A DNA stretch of 63,273 bases, filler included, from Folioceros fuciformis (lineage: Eukaryota): NCBI GenBank assembly GCA_049999805.1. It is 7 parts of 7 records of this genome, joined end to end, with 100 filler letters (N's around TTAATTAATTAA, not from the genome) between each part and the next. Parts side by side here need not be neighbours in the genome. Positions count along the whole stretch, not along the records: positions 8,702 to 31,533 come from JBNGIO010004181.1; 6 more parts are not named here. The stretch is one strand, 5' to 3'. Position 1 is the stretch's first letter; each line of letters begins with the position of its first letter. Both the position numbers and the translations under genes were made by a program. Below, in pieces: positions 12,076 to 25,528 of the stretch. The notes below the pieces were generated by a model. That model ran no database searches. It saw only the letters and a list, made by a program, of their open reading frames with translations, and was not told the origin of the DNA.

Positions 12076-12888
12076 TATATAGGCAACTGCTATTTCTGAA
12101 AACACCGAGAGCCAAGGATTCCTACACACACCGAGAAAAGCTCAACACTCCTTGGCCTTCAACTTGTGTTTCTGCCTATATAAGATGCACGCGCCTACAG
12201 CAGAAAACACTTCTTCCTCCTATCAATCTTGTTTCTCCCTTCTGATTCGTCGCGGGAGTTGGGGTAGGCGATTTGCCGTCGAAAACTGAAGAGCAGGTGT
12301 AAGAAGCAAGTCGGCTTGGTGATGGCGGCGGCTGTGGAAGGTACTGGCCACATGTGCATACTCCCTGCCGTTTTACTCTTGCTTTAAACATATCCTAGAT
12401 TTGCTCTGATTCCCCTAAGTACAGGATGTCCTCCCATTGTTTGACCTACCCGCCGCGTAGGCTTATTATAATCTACGGGTAGTTAACTAACACTTACTGA
12501 CGACTAACCCCTAACGACCCTATTTAGACTTAGGAGTTTTATTCTCCTACTGACAAACACACAAACTCACAAAAATCCACTTTCAATGGCCATAGGTCAA
12601 CCTACCAAAAATCATACCAACTGTCCTAACAATTTCACTCTCTCTCTCTAGCAGAAACACTGAAATGATCGTGGAAAATTTGGTCAGACAACAACCTCTC
12701 AGACCTACAAAACGCCTACGTAGGTAAGTTTGACACGTTAGTTAACAACCAAAGACCAAGGAACACCAAATAAGAATCAAACAGACACAAACGAGAAACA
12801 AAGACACAAATCAGAACAAACTTTGGGCAAAGAACTGAACACTACAGGATAGGAGCCCATCTCGTATCCCGAAATTTCGTGTTCCACA

Positions 12889-13104
12889 CAAGGTTAAAGG
12901 CTTTGAACTTGATTTTTCTTATGCTCAACTCCTTTGAAGACAAATACTATGTCAGGTGATGTTGCACTAGCTAATCTCGTCCTTATGCATGTGCAGCAAG
13001 GTAGTCTTGTTGGCGTTGTCCAACCCTACAAAGAGGATTTGAGCCTCCTTTGGCCATAGCCCAAGCTTGGTGAGCACATTGTAGAACCAGTCGAACAAGA
13101 ACAT
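12889..13104 (-). pseudogene. SAR1: SAR1 small GTPase 5' fragment, probable processed pseudogene (missed by the ORF track)
   Basis: The minus strand reads [43 protein letters not shown] / frameshift / LVQHHLT*YLSSKELSIRKIKFKAFNL. This is colinear with plant SAR1 (MFLFDWFY...[26 protein letters not shown]...ELSIGKIKFKAFDL). Confidence 0.9.
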
Positions 13105-13204
13105 GGTGCCCACATGAGATTGATCGGCTCACGGCCCAGCTGCGGTTGCCGCTTTGTCTATCCCCTCTCAAGGTGACTTGCATTTGTTCCTATCCTATCT
13201 CTTG

Positions 13205-13750
13205 AACTCGATGTTGTGGTGCGAAATGATTGAAGGGCCTATCTACCAATGATACTTATTGATGATGGTGCAGACTTACACATGTCACATGTTTATGGTT
13301 CCGAGGATGTCATGGTGTGAAATGATGAAGGACCTATCTACCATTGGTGTTGATGAAGCTACAAAACTTAAACTTTTTGCCATCTTATGACTCCAAGTAT
13401 GTCATGGTATGAAGTAATGAAGGGCCTACCTACTACCGATGCGTACAAATGAAGATACTAGACCTACATTTGTCGTCATCTTATCACTGTGAGGATGTCG
13501 TTTGTTTGAAATGACACGAAGGGCCCACCTATCACTATAGCCTAGTAATAAAGCTACCAAACCTACACTTCTCACCATCCTATAGCTTTGAGGATTTCGT
13601 AGTGTGAAATGTTAAAGGGCCTATCTATCATTGGAGCCGATGCCATTCAATGGCTCTTGGATGTCGTGGGGTGAAAGGACAAAGGGCCTACTTATTACGT
13701 GTGCCACTTATGAAGCTCCTAGGCCTATACTATTTGCCACTCTATAATCT
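13205..13750. repeat. Degenerate ~95-100-bp tandem repeat, about 5-6 copies
   Basis: GATGTC(A/G)TGGTGTGAAATGA..AAGGGCCTATCTA recurs near 13210, 13307, 13398, 13494, 13593 and 13660. Confidence 0.7.
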
Positions 13751-14569
13751 GTGTTGGCTAGTGATCTTTGTAAAGTGATGGAGATGACCCATTAATACTA
13801 ACACTTCTTTTTGTATCTAATAAATGTAATACTCTTTGAAATAGTTTCCTACATAGTCTAGTGCTTCATATAAGAAATGATGAAGCCCTAGCTATCGAGT
13901 GGAATTGATTTTTGATTGATATAATTACTCATTTATTGTACCCAAGGATGAAAATGAGTTCAAAAATACATTACAGAATATATGTGACTTTGTTTTTTCA
14001 AATAATAATAAATTACATGAAAATAATAAAATTAAAAGTCCCCTTCAATAAATTAAATTGAAATAAATAAAACGATGCCCATCACTCGGACAGTCCTCGT
14101 CGGTCGCAGTAGTACTTATCGTCAGCGTAAGATAGACGGATGAGAGATGTAGTGAGATTCACAGCCAACGCGGCTCAAAGAATTTGGCTTTTCAACTAAC
14201 AAAAATGAATGAGTAACCTCGCGTTCCAACAAAAGAGTAAAGAAACTTAATTAAGAAGCACTCCTTTCACTGAGACAGGACTCGTCGGGCCTGCAGCATA
14301 GCCTCACAGTCCAAGCTTGGACGCTCTACAGACCAGCAGCAAGCTCAAGGTGCCAACAAATATGTCTGGGATGATCGGAGGGGCTGAGGGTGACGGGCAT
14401 ACTGTCCACGAGACATCCATATGAGACCCACACATGGCCCTTGCGGCCCCTGCAGCATTGCAAGAAGCCTGTATACCTCGTGTCCACGGTTTTCCGGGCT
14501 CTCTATGCAACCAAGGGCCGGTGTTCGCTACCTAACTATGACAAAAATACTGCAACCCAGAGAATTCTC

Positions 14570-16836
14570 TCACGCTTCAACTTGCATCTTCTCGGCTTCC
14601 TCACGGATAGACTGGAAGAGGACTGATGAGAGGTAACGCTCACCAAAACTGGGCAGAACAACCTGGGCAACACAGAGCAGCCGAAGAAGGTGAAAGCTTA
14701 GACGGAGACCCAGAGTGCACTCCCACCGCTTGCATTTAGCAGACATACACGTACCGCGATGAGCTTTCCAGCGTTTTCCGGCCTCTTGCCTACTTGGATA
14801 GCTGCAGCCGCAGCTGCGCCAGAAGAGATACCGACCTAGGGAGGCACACACAACTACGTACATGAGGAGAAAATGAAACTTGCTGAGTCTGCTCCAGTGA
14901 CTGCGTTCAACCCTGCGTACCAGCAAACCTTCCTTGAGCGCCAGTTGCTTGGCCATCTCCACTGCCTCAGCACTAGAGATCTGCCGTGCAGGGCATTACC
15001 ATTGTTCGTCAGACTACAAAAGCTTAACAGTCTTTCGGAAATAGGGACAAAGGGCACCTTCAAAACCCTGCCCTATCAACAAAGAGAAACTTTACGTCCA
15101 CGATCCTAAGGCCAACAAAAAAGACTGGTCATGGCAGTACCCACCTGGATGACCTCATCCAAGACGTCGACATCCAAAATGCTTGGAATAAAACCTGCAC
15201 CAATGCCTTGGATTTTATGAGGGCCTGCAGGCCAACCAGCTAGGACTGTCAAAGAAACCCCAAACACTGGATAGATCGGATTGATACTATCCAAGAACCT
15301 GTCCTACCAGGTTTGCCTCCTGATAGTATGTTGCTTTCAGTAGGTTCCACGCCAATCACCTGCATGACCCAGCAGAACTCTTAAGAGAGTGTTCAGAGCT
15401 GCATATGCCATCATAATGTCCATAGGCCTTGCTGATATGACCTACCTTTACTTTGGGATTCTTGGACTTGAGAAAATGGCCTACTCCAGTAACTGTCCCA
15501 CCTGTGCCGATTCCAGCAACAATAATATCCACTTTGCCTGCAGTATCTTCCCAGATCTCAGGCCCCGTTGTCTCAAAATGGACCTACACATGTGCATAAT
15601 TACTTAAAATGCCATAGAGCACAGCACGAATACGATCATGATGTACAACTGTGTCCCAGACTGAAGGTACCTTGGGGTTGGCAGGGTTCTCAAACTGCTG
15701 CAACATGTAGGAGTTGGGAGTTTTCTTAAGGATTTCCTCTGCTTTTTGCACAGCACCCTTCATGCCCTTGGCTGGATCCGTCAGGATCAACTCAGCACCA
15801 AAAGCCCGTAGCAATATCCTTCGCTCTAGACTCATGGAGGCAGGCATGGTCAAAATGAGTTTGTAGCCCTTAGCTGCCGCAATAAACGCCAAACCAATTC
15901 CCGTATTGCCACTGGTTGGCTCCACAAGAACGGTCTGCACATCCAAGACTGGAATCAAGCGCAGTTTCACCATCCCGGTGCAGTGCACCCAGTCCCAAGC
16001 ATCCGATCCAACAATGCAAACTGCAGCTCACCTTCCCAGGGGTGATGGCCCCTTTGCTCTCTGCATCAGTTATCATGCTATAACCAATCCTGCAGTTCAC
16101 GGACAAACCCCCCTGCAGTCAGCTTGGACGGAGACGATCAGGCCCGCGAGCCTAAGCTGGATCAATGCAGTCCACGGTTCGGACGAGGATAAGTCCATGT
16201 TGCCAAGCAAGACAGCGGCAAAGCAAAACCGCCCCTCACCTATCCTTCACGCTACAGCATGGTTCCATGATTTCCAGCTTGGCGGCAATATTTGCGACAG
16301 AACCTTCCACGACCTTGTTGAGATAAACCATGGGCGTCTTCCCTATGAGCTGGCATAATAGAAACGAAGAAGGATGAGAGAGCCCGGAAACCAGACCTCC
16401 GGGTCTTGCTTAGTATGTGAATTGGCCGGCGCGGCGCACCCCACTCCATCGTCCGCAAGGCACCCGCACCGGCACGGACAGAGGGAAGTGGAAAGCAGTG
16501 CAGAAGCGCAGGCGCGGCTACCTGAGTGACATCCTCCGCAATGTTGAGTACGTCGACGGCGTCCTGGTCCGTGTCCGCGGGGGCCTCCGCCGCCACGGCG
16601 TCCAGCTTGCTATCCACTCGCAACTTCTCCATGTTCGTGGTGAGCGCGTCCACCTTGCGGACTGGCGATGAGCGCTTGGCAGAGAGACTCGAAACCGGTG
16701 AGGTGCTCATGGCCCCCAGTCGAAGTAGACCGCAAGACGAGCCTGAGGACGAGGCGGCAGCTGACGAGCAGGGCGCGTCAAGCAGGCGGGCAGATGCCGA
16801 GGCAGAAAGGCGAGCGACAGCGGTGGCGGTAGCCAT
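14570..16836 (-). CDS. OASTL: Cysteine synthase / O-acetylserine(thiol)lyase with N-terminal transit peptide. 10 exons: 16836-16522, 16349-16240, 16089-16032, 15934-15671, 15583-15446, 15359-15308, 15224-15145, 14980-14921, 14835-14755, 14662-14570
   Basis: Motifs LIGKTP, SVKDRIG (PLP lysine), [39 protein letters not shown] and PSFGERYLS. All introns are GT-AG and phase-consistent. The leader is Ser/Ala-rich. Confidence 0.95.
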
Positions 16837-19236
16837 GATTACTGATAAGCCACTATGCGTGTATGGCAGAACTTCGTTCCAGAAGGAAAGTTGTCCTCGT
16901 TGCGATCGATGTAGACGGCCCGGAAGCAGCCTAGGCAGGTGGCCAGATCTACAATGCGACGCTCGAGCGGCCTGCTCACCTTCCTTGCCTTCCCTGGTGC
17001 GACCACGCGCCGCCCAACCCTGCGCGTGCACGCTAGCGTTGCACTGGGTACGCGCAGTTCCAGGGACTCTCACCACGATGGCCACTGCTCACGTTCTTAC
17101 AGTATGTTGTGCCACCCCTCTAAACACCATCTAAATGCACGCCAGACTGTACAACACGACTGTAGCCCGACAAAGGCGACCCGTCCCAAAAATCGCTCAA
17201 TCGTCTTGCCTTGCCTTGCCCTGGCCTGCCCTGCCTGGAGACAATCCACCTCACCTTCGGTCCCTTGCAATGCTCTTGGCATTGAAGCTGGCCTTCAATC
17301 CCAGGCATAGCGGGCGATGGCCATAGGAGGTTAATCCATCGGCCATCCATTCTTTCAACTTCATTTTACGCGGTTCACCGCGCGGACACCCGGAAGCAGC
17401 TCGACTGTTCGGGATCGTGGGTAGCCATTTCACCTCAAACTAAAATTTAAGGACACAAATACTACATACTCTCAAATAGTAGAAAGAACGATACGGGACG
17501 GCCGTGCATTTCCCAATTTTGCCACAAACGGGGCACTCTAAATGTGTCTCATCTCCAAAGTCCCGGATGAGTCGGAGTCTAGTAGACCTTGGGATTTCTG
17601 ATTGATTGCTAAACCTAATGTTTCATACCCCTAAAGAAAAAGGGGTCTTCTTTCTCTGCCAACCTATTGTTTAAGGACTCACCCCTAATGTTTAAGATCC
17701 CTAAAGAAACGGGATGTTTTTTACGGCACTTTGTTTAATCACTTTTTTTAAATATCAGTTGTAATATTTTATTATAAATCATATGATTGGATGGGATGAA
17801 AATATCAACTCAATTTAGCTTTTATCAGTCATACTTGTTTTGTTACATTTTTTGAATTATTCAAACAACCTCGGGGTGAGAAGTCTTGCGAGGGTTGGGA
17901 TTCTCAACTAAATGACGAGTTGGTGTGTGGCATAGGAAACCCGACCCGTTTCTTGAGGTCCCGCTGACAAACGCTCCTTTTTTAGTTGGCAAGGGACGGA
18001 ACGGCCGAAACCCTAATGCGGCCAGCCCTTCGGCGACCTGGCTGAACACAAGGAACATGGACGATTCCCGAGATCAGAAGAAAACGACTCCAATTGCATG
18101 GCACGAATTGCTTCGGCATCGGAGGCCTCGTCCCTACGCGTTGTAGCTGGTGGTGGATCAGTCCACCACCACAGTGCCTTAGCGGAAGAGACTGTCCAGG
18201 CGAGGTGTAGTTCCCCGGCTGTGCTTTAAGCATCAGTTTCAAAAAATATCTTGTACATGGGGAACTCCCACGAGTCTCGATTCAACAGAGGATGTGTAGC
18301 CGCAGGGATCCTTCATGGCTCTCATTCATAGTCCTCTGACTCGGTTTCTTCCGGGACTGGTTACTCTCTGCCTATTACTTCTTGCCTTCCTTCACTGGCT
18401 CCTTCTCGACTACACTTGGCTTTTTGGAGCCGGTTTGGCCTCCTGGTTCTTTGCAAGACCAGCCTTCCACTGCTGTCGACGGTGGCCTCGGGTATGGCCT
18501 TTGTACCCCTTTCCGATTCAATCGTGATATCGTTTCCCCGTAACAATTTTGCAAACGAATATGCATACACCGATTTCCCACTGTCCGATAAGACGCATTA
18601 ATACCCCGGCTGCGATTTCGCGACCAACCATGCGCCACGCGGTCAGAGATATTTCTATATAATTCCACGCGAAGTATTCCCCACATACACATAGAGACAA
18701 GTAGAGACCTACACGCAACGAACCTGCCTTTTCCCCGAGAGATGCAACTCCTAGTTTCAACCAGCTCGAAGTGGGCTCCACTTGAAGGAACCCGCTGACG
18801 GGAAAGCAAGTGCATCACGCCGCCTGGCCCGAGTCAACTCGGTGCCATCATCTACTGTCCCTTGGAACATCATATGTACACACAGCATTTTGAGTGACCA
18901 GAAAGTCACATTGACCTACGTTGTGATACAAAAACGAATTTTACCACCGTGAAGAGCTCGACATTTCAGACCACAAACCCTGTTAGCGATACATGTAGGA
19001 ACTGAAAAGTTGCCTGCTCTAAACCGTGCAGTGTAGTATATGTTACATGATAGCCTCTGCGTTGAGGGGGAGAAGGATTGTGAACCTTTCTGCATTCACA
19101 CACAGCACAACAGCAGAAAGTTCTTCAGAAGCTAGCAGCCAACAACCTGCGAGCGGCCAGCTTCTGATAACTAACCTCAACGTACTGCTGTTGTGGCCGA
19201 ATACCACTAGAACTTCAGTCAACCGCCCCAAATTGA

Positions 19237-21500
19237 TTAGGTCGACCTCCGCAATTTTGTGTTCAGAGGAGGCTCCTTGTAGGAGGCAATGCATGCGGTT
19301 GCCTTCCTCATTGGTCTTCCAGACACTGCACTTACAAGTGCGCGTTTCTGAGATAACTCTGGACTCTCCACTTTCAAAGCAACAGGGCTTAGTCCGTGGC
19401 GTGACCGTTTCATGTCCTTGTCTGTGTCGGGCTCCATCTTTGCTGCTACTCTTCGTCCATCGGTTCCACCAGTAGCACATGCCAAGTTCTCAGGTGAGCA
19501 AACAGCGTCCATAACCACACCACTTGGTCTTCGAACACGTCCCTGCCTCTGGAGCTTGACAGCTGGCTTCATATCATCTTCTGCTGTACCTGATGCGCCT
19601 GCGCTGCCACTTTCTGACATCAAGGACGAGCTTTCAAACCCATCAGCTGGGCTATCTCCCCTTGCTGAGCTGGAGACCGTTTCATCTCCTTCACACAATC
19701 TGTCCATGCCCTCATGCTCCACAGCTTTATATTGCCGCCTGTTAATACTCTTGGGTACAGCCAAGAGCGCCTCTTGTGGAACCTTACATGGATCTTCCTT
19801 GGTTGCTAAAGTACCCCTTGACCTCAGGCTCAGCCTGCCGACAATTTGGAACAAGACTTGATTAAACCTCTCTCACCTCCACCTTCAAAACTTTTCGCTG
19901 CAATATGATGTACTCCACAGTGGTTGACAGTACCTTCTATACGTCGGGGGCTCATTCTTCATGCACGCAGACTCACTGCTACCTGGTCTAGAATTTTGCA
20001 TGTCCTCCAATAGCTGACCTGCAGGGCAGATGTCTAGTCACATGTTCTCAACACCAGATAGTGCCCCGAAAAGGGTATAAACGGAAAGGCACCTGGGGTC
20101 ATGCTATGCCTTTTGGTCGAAGACGCCTTACTCCGAGCTCTCAATGTTGTGGTCGAGCCTTTGCACACATTCTGCACATACACATACCCACCATAAACGA
20201 GCCACAATGGGAAACAACGCCGATTAGAACTCATCAGAACAACCATACCTGCATCTGCTTGTCCATAAGGAGCATATTTCGGCTGTGTTCTAATTCTTCA
20301 AGTCTAAGCTGCAAGTAGTTTCGAGCGTCAGTATACATCAAGGGACCATACCCCTAATAGCGTCATTGCCAATGGCAAGTTTCTAAGGTCAATGAATGTA
20401 CATCCCTAGTGCATATCGTCTATTGCTAGGACACTTGCACGCGTCATCAGGGATAACGCTTTCCCTGCTGCCACGGGACATGGGTACAATATGGTTAGAC
20501 TAGAAATGGCAGTTTCATTTGCATACCCGAAGCTCAGCTTCCATGACCCTGAACATTGACGTCATCTGGTTGTACTCATGCTGCAAAATTTTCATCTGTA
20601 GAAGTCCAGCAGGTAACATGAGCTAAACACCTCTCACACGCACAAGGTCCACCACCCGACAAACAAATCTTTGTGCACAAGCGGACGGAGGTTGGTATTA
20701 CTTGCTCCCTCAGTTGAAGATTTTCCTGCCGACGCCAACATGATCAGGCTGTCATGGACTTTTGACACTCGAGAACGAAAAAGTGAGCATGGCAGGAAGG
20801 AGAGGCTACTTTGGCTGGTCTTTGTAGTGGTTTAGGCACTAGCACAAAGGTTTTGTTCTAACCTTGGACAGCCTAGTGTTGTGAAATATGATCTCCTCGT
20901 TCACAGCGGCTCTACGATGCAAATTGAAGGTGTACTCCCTTTGAAGCTTTTGCACCTGCTCAGTCTGCGCTGCAATTATTGCACTAAGACCTTCGGTTTA
21001 AGGAGAACATGGGGAAGAGGTACAGAGCGAACTAGGTTCTCGCTGCAAAACTGCAAGGTCTGCCGACACATGAAACTGGGAAAGGATACTCCTTCTCGGA
21101 CAACAATTTCGTCAACGTGAAAATTTCCTGCACCATACAACATTGAAGACAAGCTTGATGCACTAACACATTGCAGCAAAAGTGGCCACTTTAGAGCCAC
21201 GGATTGGAAACAAAAAAAAGAATTGGTACAGCAGCCACACCTTCTCTAGTTCCTTGTCTTTGCTGGAAGGAATTAAATTATCCAGGCTGGCCGTAAACAG
21301 CGGCAAGTTTGTCAGATCCGACAGACGCCTCCTGTGACTTGGGGTGGCAGAGGCGCGCTTCCCTTGCCTGTCGCCCCCCATAACGGTTGTAATACCGTAT
21401 GGAGCGATTTTGTCTTGGTGCCCTATCTCTCTATCTATCTATCTATCTATCTATCTGTCTATCTACTGTCTTTCCCTTACCCACTATGCGGCGACTCCAT
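19237..21500 (-). CDS. SGO1: Shugoshin (centromeric cohesion protector), multi-exon; 5' start approximate
   Basis: C-terminal SGO motif SGRPMRKATACIASYKEPPLNTKLRR. N-terminal RRRLSDLTNL, then coiled-coil exons (KLLSEK, ENLQLREQ, MKILQHEYNQM) with GT-AG borders. A candidate first exon MESPHSG at 21500 splices in frame. Confidence 0.8.
21423..21465. repeat. (CTAT)n microsatellite in the putative first intron of shugoshin
   Basis: ctatctctctatctatctatctatctatctatctgtctatcta. Confidence 0.85.
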
Positions 21501-22662
21501 CGCAGCCAGGAGAAGATGGGCAAACTGCTTTCAAACAAGTGTAGAAGAAACCAGACCTGTTCATTCCGCTGCAGACACGCCGAAGACCCAGCGACAGAAA
21601 CGGTGCAACCATCAATCACACCGTGAACACAGGTAACCCGGACGGCTCATTCGGCACAGTACATCGTTCCTCTTCGGCCAAGCGAGGTTCACCGCTGCCT
21701 TGCTCTTGTCCTCAATGTGATCACAGGCACCCAGGCAAGTGGTTAGACACCAATGTTGCCCCGCATCAGTGATCCTGCTGCTGACGTTCAGGTCTCAACT
21801 CCAGCCTGCCGCTTGACGGCTGGAGAGGGTCAAATTCCGGCAATCACCATTCCCTTCCTGCTGCATTTCAAATGTCTCCGCCTGCTGATGAGCCGTGAAA
21901 TCGAGGCAAATAATGATCGTACCGGTAAATCCACGCTATGTCCTCTTCCACAATGTCCAAGAGCTGCCCTCCAGGTATGCAATGCAAGCAGAGAAGAGGA
22001 GCTGAACGCGGTCGCGAAAGCACGCCTCGGCCGAAACCGCACAAAATTTTCGAAGGCCAGCCCGCTCCAACTTTCAACGGCTACCTAGTTTCTTGGGAAC
22101 CGTTTGCGCCTCGTAGCCCCGACTACGTGCACCCCTGTCATTGGGGTCATATACAGTAATGTTGCGAAGCGTGAATTGTTAACAATTCATACAAAACGAT
22201 AATATTGAAACTTAACTGGTAATTGTAGTGCATTGTAGAACGAACGTTGTGAAACGTGAATTGCGAGGCATCTTGTGCATGGAACGAAGCGAAGCATCCT
22301 TTGCATGGATGAAGTCTGTCGTCAGCGGCTGCTGATAGAACTTGGCTTGCGGACATCACCAGTTGTGTATATGGGATGGATCTGATTTCACTAGATTTAT
22401 TATTTGTGTATGTTGACAATGTTCTGTTTAGCACCTCAGCCAATCTCATGGCATGCGTCAAGCAGTAATTCCAGTCGTGAGAAAGATATAGACGATCGAT
22501 TTTCGCGATGTGAGGAAGAGGTCCGAGCAAGACTTGACTCAATTTCTGGGTACTTGGTAACTTGCACAGCAGTCCATAGCTCAGGCAAGGGTCCAAATTA
22601 GGCGAGTTAGGTTTCTGCATCGTGAAGACATGGAAGTTTGTGGCGCGACGAAGCAGCATGGG

Positions 22663-23936
22663 TCAATGTATTATGCTATCCAATGTAGGGAAGAACACTC
22701 CAATTTCATCGGAATAACACTTGAAGTTATGGTCCACAAATGATGGAAAACGAGGGAGCCACTGCCACAACCTCTGCTGAAAATGGTACACGAGAACAGC
22801 TGTGCTTGCTGATCCCCCGCCTGTGAAGTACAACAAGTCCCCCTGCCCAATGCATCTAAACTCCTCAAAATTGACCTTTTGCAAAAACATCTTGCAAATG
22901 GATTTAGGCATTTTGTCCACCTCCACCCATTTCTCTTCGTGTGCCTCATCAAGCTCCCAGATGCGAATAGGCCCCTTGGAGTAGTGCAGACCTCGTTCCC
23001 AGCAGTTATCAATCCCTCCAACCATGAGGAGACGACCATGACGCTCCACCAAGTGGGGTTCCACCACATACCTTGCACACAGTTCACGTAACGACCAGGG
23101 CCATGAATTCGATGCTCATCCGGGGATCCCACTACGTCATAAGCGAAGCCAATGACGCCAGCAAGTAGCGCAGAGACGAGGTGAGGAATAAAGGTGATAA
23201 TTGTTGGTAGGTACCTGGGCACTGGAACTGGTAACTCCCCCCACGCTGAGTTAGCGACATCGTATTCGATGATTCTGTTGGGCAACCTGGCCATTCCATA
23301 CAGGTGTGTGCCATTCACAAACACGCCAAGCTCGTCCTCATAGCCAACAAGTCCACGGGGAAGCCTGCCACCGTAAGTCCATCGGCCGGTGGCGGAGCTG
23401 TACACGTCTGTCATTCGATCCTCACAGAAGCTGCGGTCTGCAATCACTATGGTGAATGTCCTGGAACCCTTGTCGACAGCCATGCCTGCCAGGAAAGGAG
23501 GACCCAAAGGACGCCGGTGCGGCAAGCACGGCAATTTGCAGAATGCTTTCCGACCATTGTAAATAGGGTTGCACACATAGAAGACAGAGCTGTAAGAATC
23601 GATGGAGCAGAAGCAAAACAGCCCTCCTGCACTTGCGATGAGAGCGTACCTATCGTTGCTGGAGAGGAAAGGCATGAGAATCTGATGCCATCTACCCAGT
23701 GCGGGGTTGTAAGCAGCAACACATTCACACCCTCCCACTACAGAATGGAAGACGAACAAGGGCTGGCGAAGAGGGAGATGAGTGCGCTCATGCAAGTGCA
23801 AGAAGCTGGGAGACATGATCAGCGTGTTCCAAGCTTTGCAGGTGCCTCGGAGCTGAAGCAGGTTCAGGACGGGAAGTTTGGCAAGAATCCTTTCGATAAG
23901 CTCATTCGGAAGGCGACTCCAAATCTTGGAGTCCAT
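22663..23936 (-). CDS. F-box protein with C-terminal beta-propeller (F-box/kelch-like); 2 exons, 23936-23215 and 23071-22663
   Basis: F-box motif MDSKIWSRLPNELIERILAKLP...CKAWN, then ASAGGLFC and YVCNP. A 143-nt GT-AG intron joins PVPR to YVVEPHLVERHGRLLMVGG...IRIWELD...WVEVDKMP, which explains the two overlapping ORFs. Confidence 0.88.
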
Positions 23937-24533
23937 GTTCCATAAGCCTGCTCAGGCAATTTGCAACTGTGGCATCCGCAGATGCTACCACAGCACTCAC
24001 CCTAACGCTGAAACCTGCAACATCACCATCTCCTTTTAGCAACCAATAGAGCCAAATCCTGAACCAGGCGGGCAGGCATCAGAAGAACGCAGTCCTGCTC
24101 TGGCAAGTCGGCGTCATTCAAGTCGCTTCGCATGTAGAGATCACAACAACACATGCCAGACTCAAGAACGAAGAACCCAAAGGGATGTGTACAGGCAGTG
24201 GCACAAACAGGGAACAGGGAGAAATTCGTCAACACACGTGCGAGGCCGAAGCCATAGGCGGAGGGCTACATACCTTCAAGCCTGGGGCAGGCAAGGCCCA
24301 GGAGATTGAGGAAGAGAGGAAATGAACGAAGAGATGCGGTGCGGAACGTGCTTCCCGGAAGTCCACATCGAAGCACCTGCCCTTAAAAGCGGCATGTGCC
24401 ACCGCATCGCACCTCCAAGCTCGCTTTCCGTCGACGTACACACGTGGGTTGGCTGGACAGTTTAGCCTGCACCATTGCATAGGCAGGTCATCTGCAATCC
24501 TGTCCCGTCCCGCACACGTACTAAACTGCGACA

Positions 24534-25528
24534 ATGGCGGCAGGCCGCCCCAAGGTGGATTTAGTCTCGGTAGTGTTGCCCGCGCTGCTGATAGCGGTAA
24601 CGGTGACACGCGGTACACGGGCTTTCACAATTCCGGTGCGCTACGACGGGTTTGTGCTACGCCCACAGCGGGGTGACGTGGTGGTGCTGGAGAAATTCAT
24701 CGACCCACTATGCCCCGATTGCAAGCAGTCGTGGCCTGTGGTGAAACAGGTGATCCAGCGCTACGGCTCCGAGTTGCAATTCATCGGCCATCCCTTTGCG
24801 AATCCGTATGCTCTCGTCTCCTCTGCTCTCGTTATGCCTTGTGCACTTTCTTTCGTACTAGCTTACTGGCCTTGTTTCTCACACCAGACTCCTCTGTGGC
24901 ATGTAAGGTTTCACCACAACGCCTTCTTGGCTTCAAGGCTGTTGCACGCCGCCCAGACAGTCAATTCATCGCTGGTGTATCCCTTGCTGGATCTCATCTA
25001 CCTGAATCAGGTTGGGAATTGGCTTTGCGTTGGCAGCCTGCAAGCTCATGCAGCCTTCCATCCGCACGCGGTTTTAGGGTACTTTTCTGCTTCACAGGAT
25101 GCATTCTCGAATGACGACACAGCAAATGAATCTCCAGCCAGTGTGGTAGAGCGACTTGTGGCATTGGCCGGTGAGCTTGGGGCCTCCGTAGACAAATTCC
25201 GAGCGGCATTTGCAGATTCTGCAACAGATCAAGCGACTAGAATTTCTTTCAAGGTGAGCTTCTAACGGAGGGGAGATTCTGAATCAGTAGGGATTCGGAA
25301 TCAAACTGAGACTGATGGCCTTGGCTGTCTTTTCTGTCCTGCCAGTATGGATGCTCCAGAGTGGTAACCTCGACTCCGACGTTTCTGGTCAATGGCGTGT
25401 TGGTGGATGGAGCCGATGAAAAATGGAGCTTCGAACAGTGGGTCAAGTTGCTCGATCCTTTGGTTTACGGTCCCGCAGCAGCTGCGGTAGACACCAGGGC
25501 GCGTGGCTTCGCTCACCCTACGGCTTAA
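24534..25528 (+). CDS. Secreted thioredoxin-fold (DsbA-like) protein; exons 24534-24805, 24908-25010, 25098-25253, 25346-25528
   Basis: Signal peptide, IPVRYDGF, DPLCPDC (CxxC), FHHNAF, TRISFK|YGCSRVVTSTPTFLVNG. Introns are GT-AG and phase-consistent. Confidence 0.88.

Noticed and set aside
16837-17085. 83-codon in-frame extension upstream of OASTL
   Set aside because: The typical transit peptide starts at ATG 16836. The extension looks like GC-rich leader or promoter sequence that is open by chance.
17860-18820. Short ORFs between OASTL and shugoshin
   Set aside because: No family is recognised and no consistent exon chain was found; a small gene cannot be excluded.
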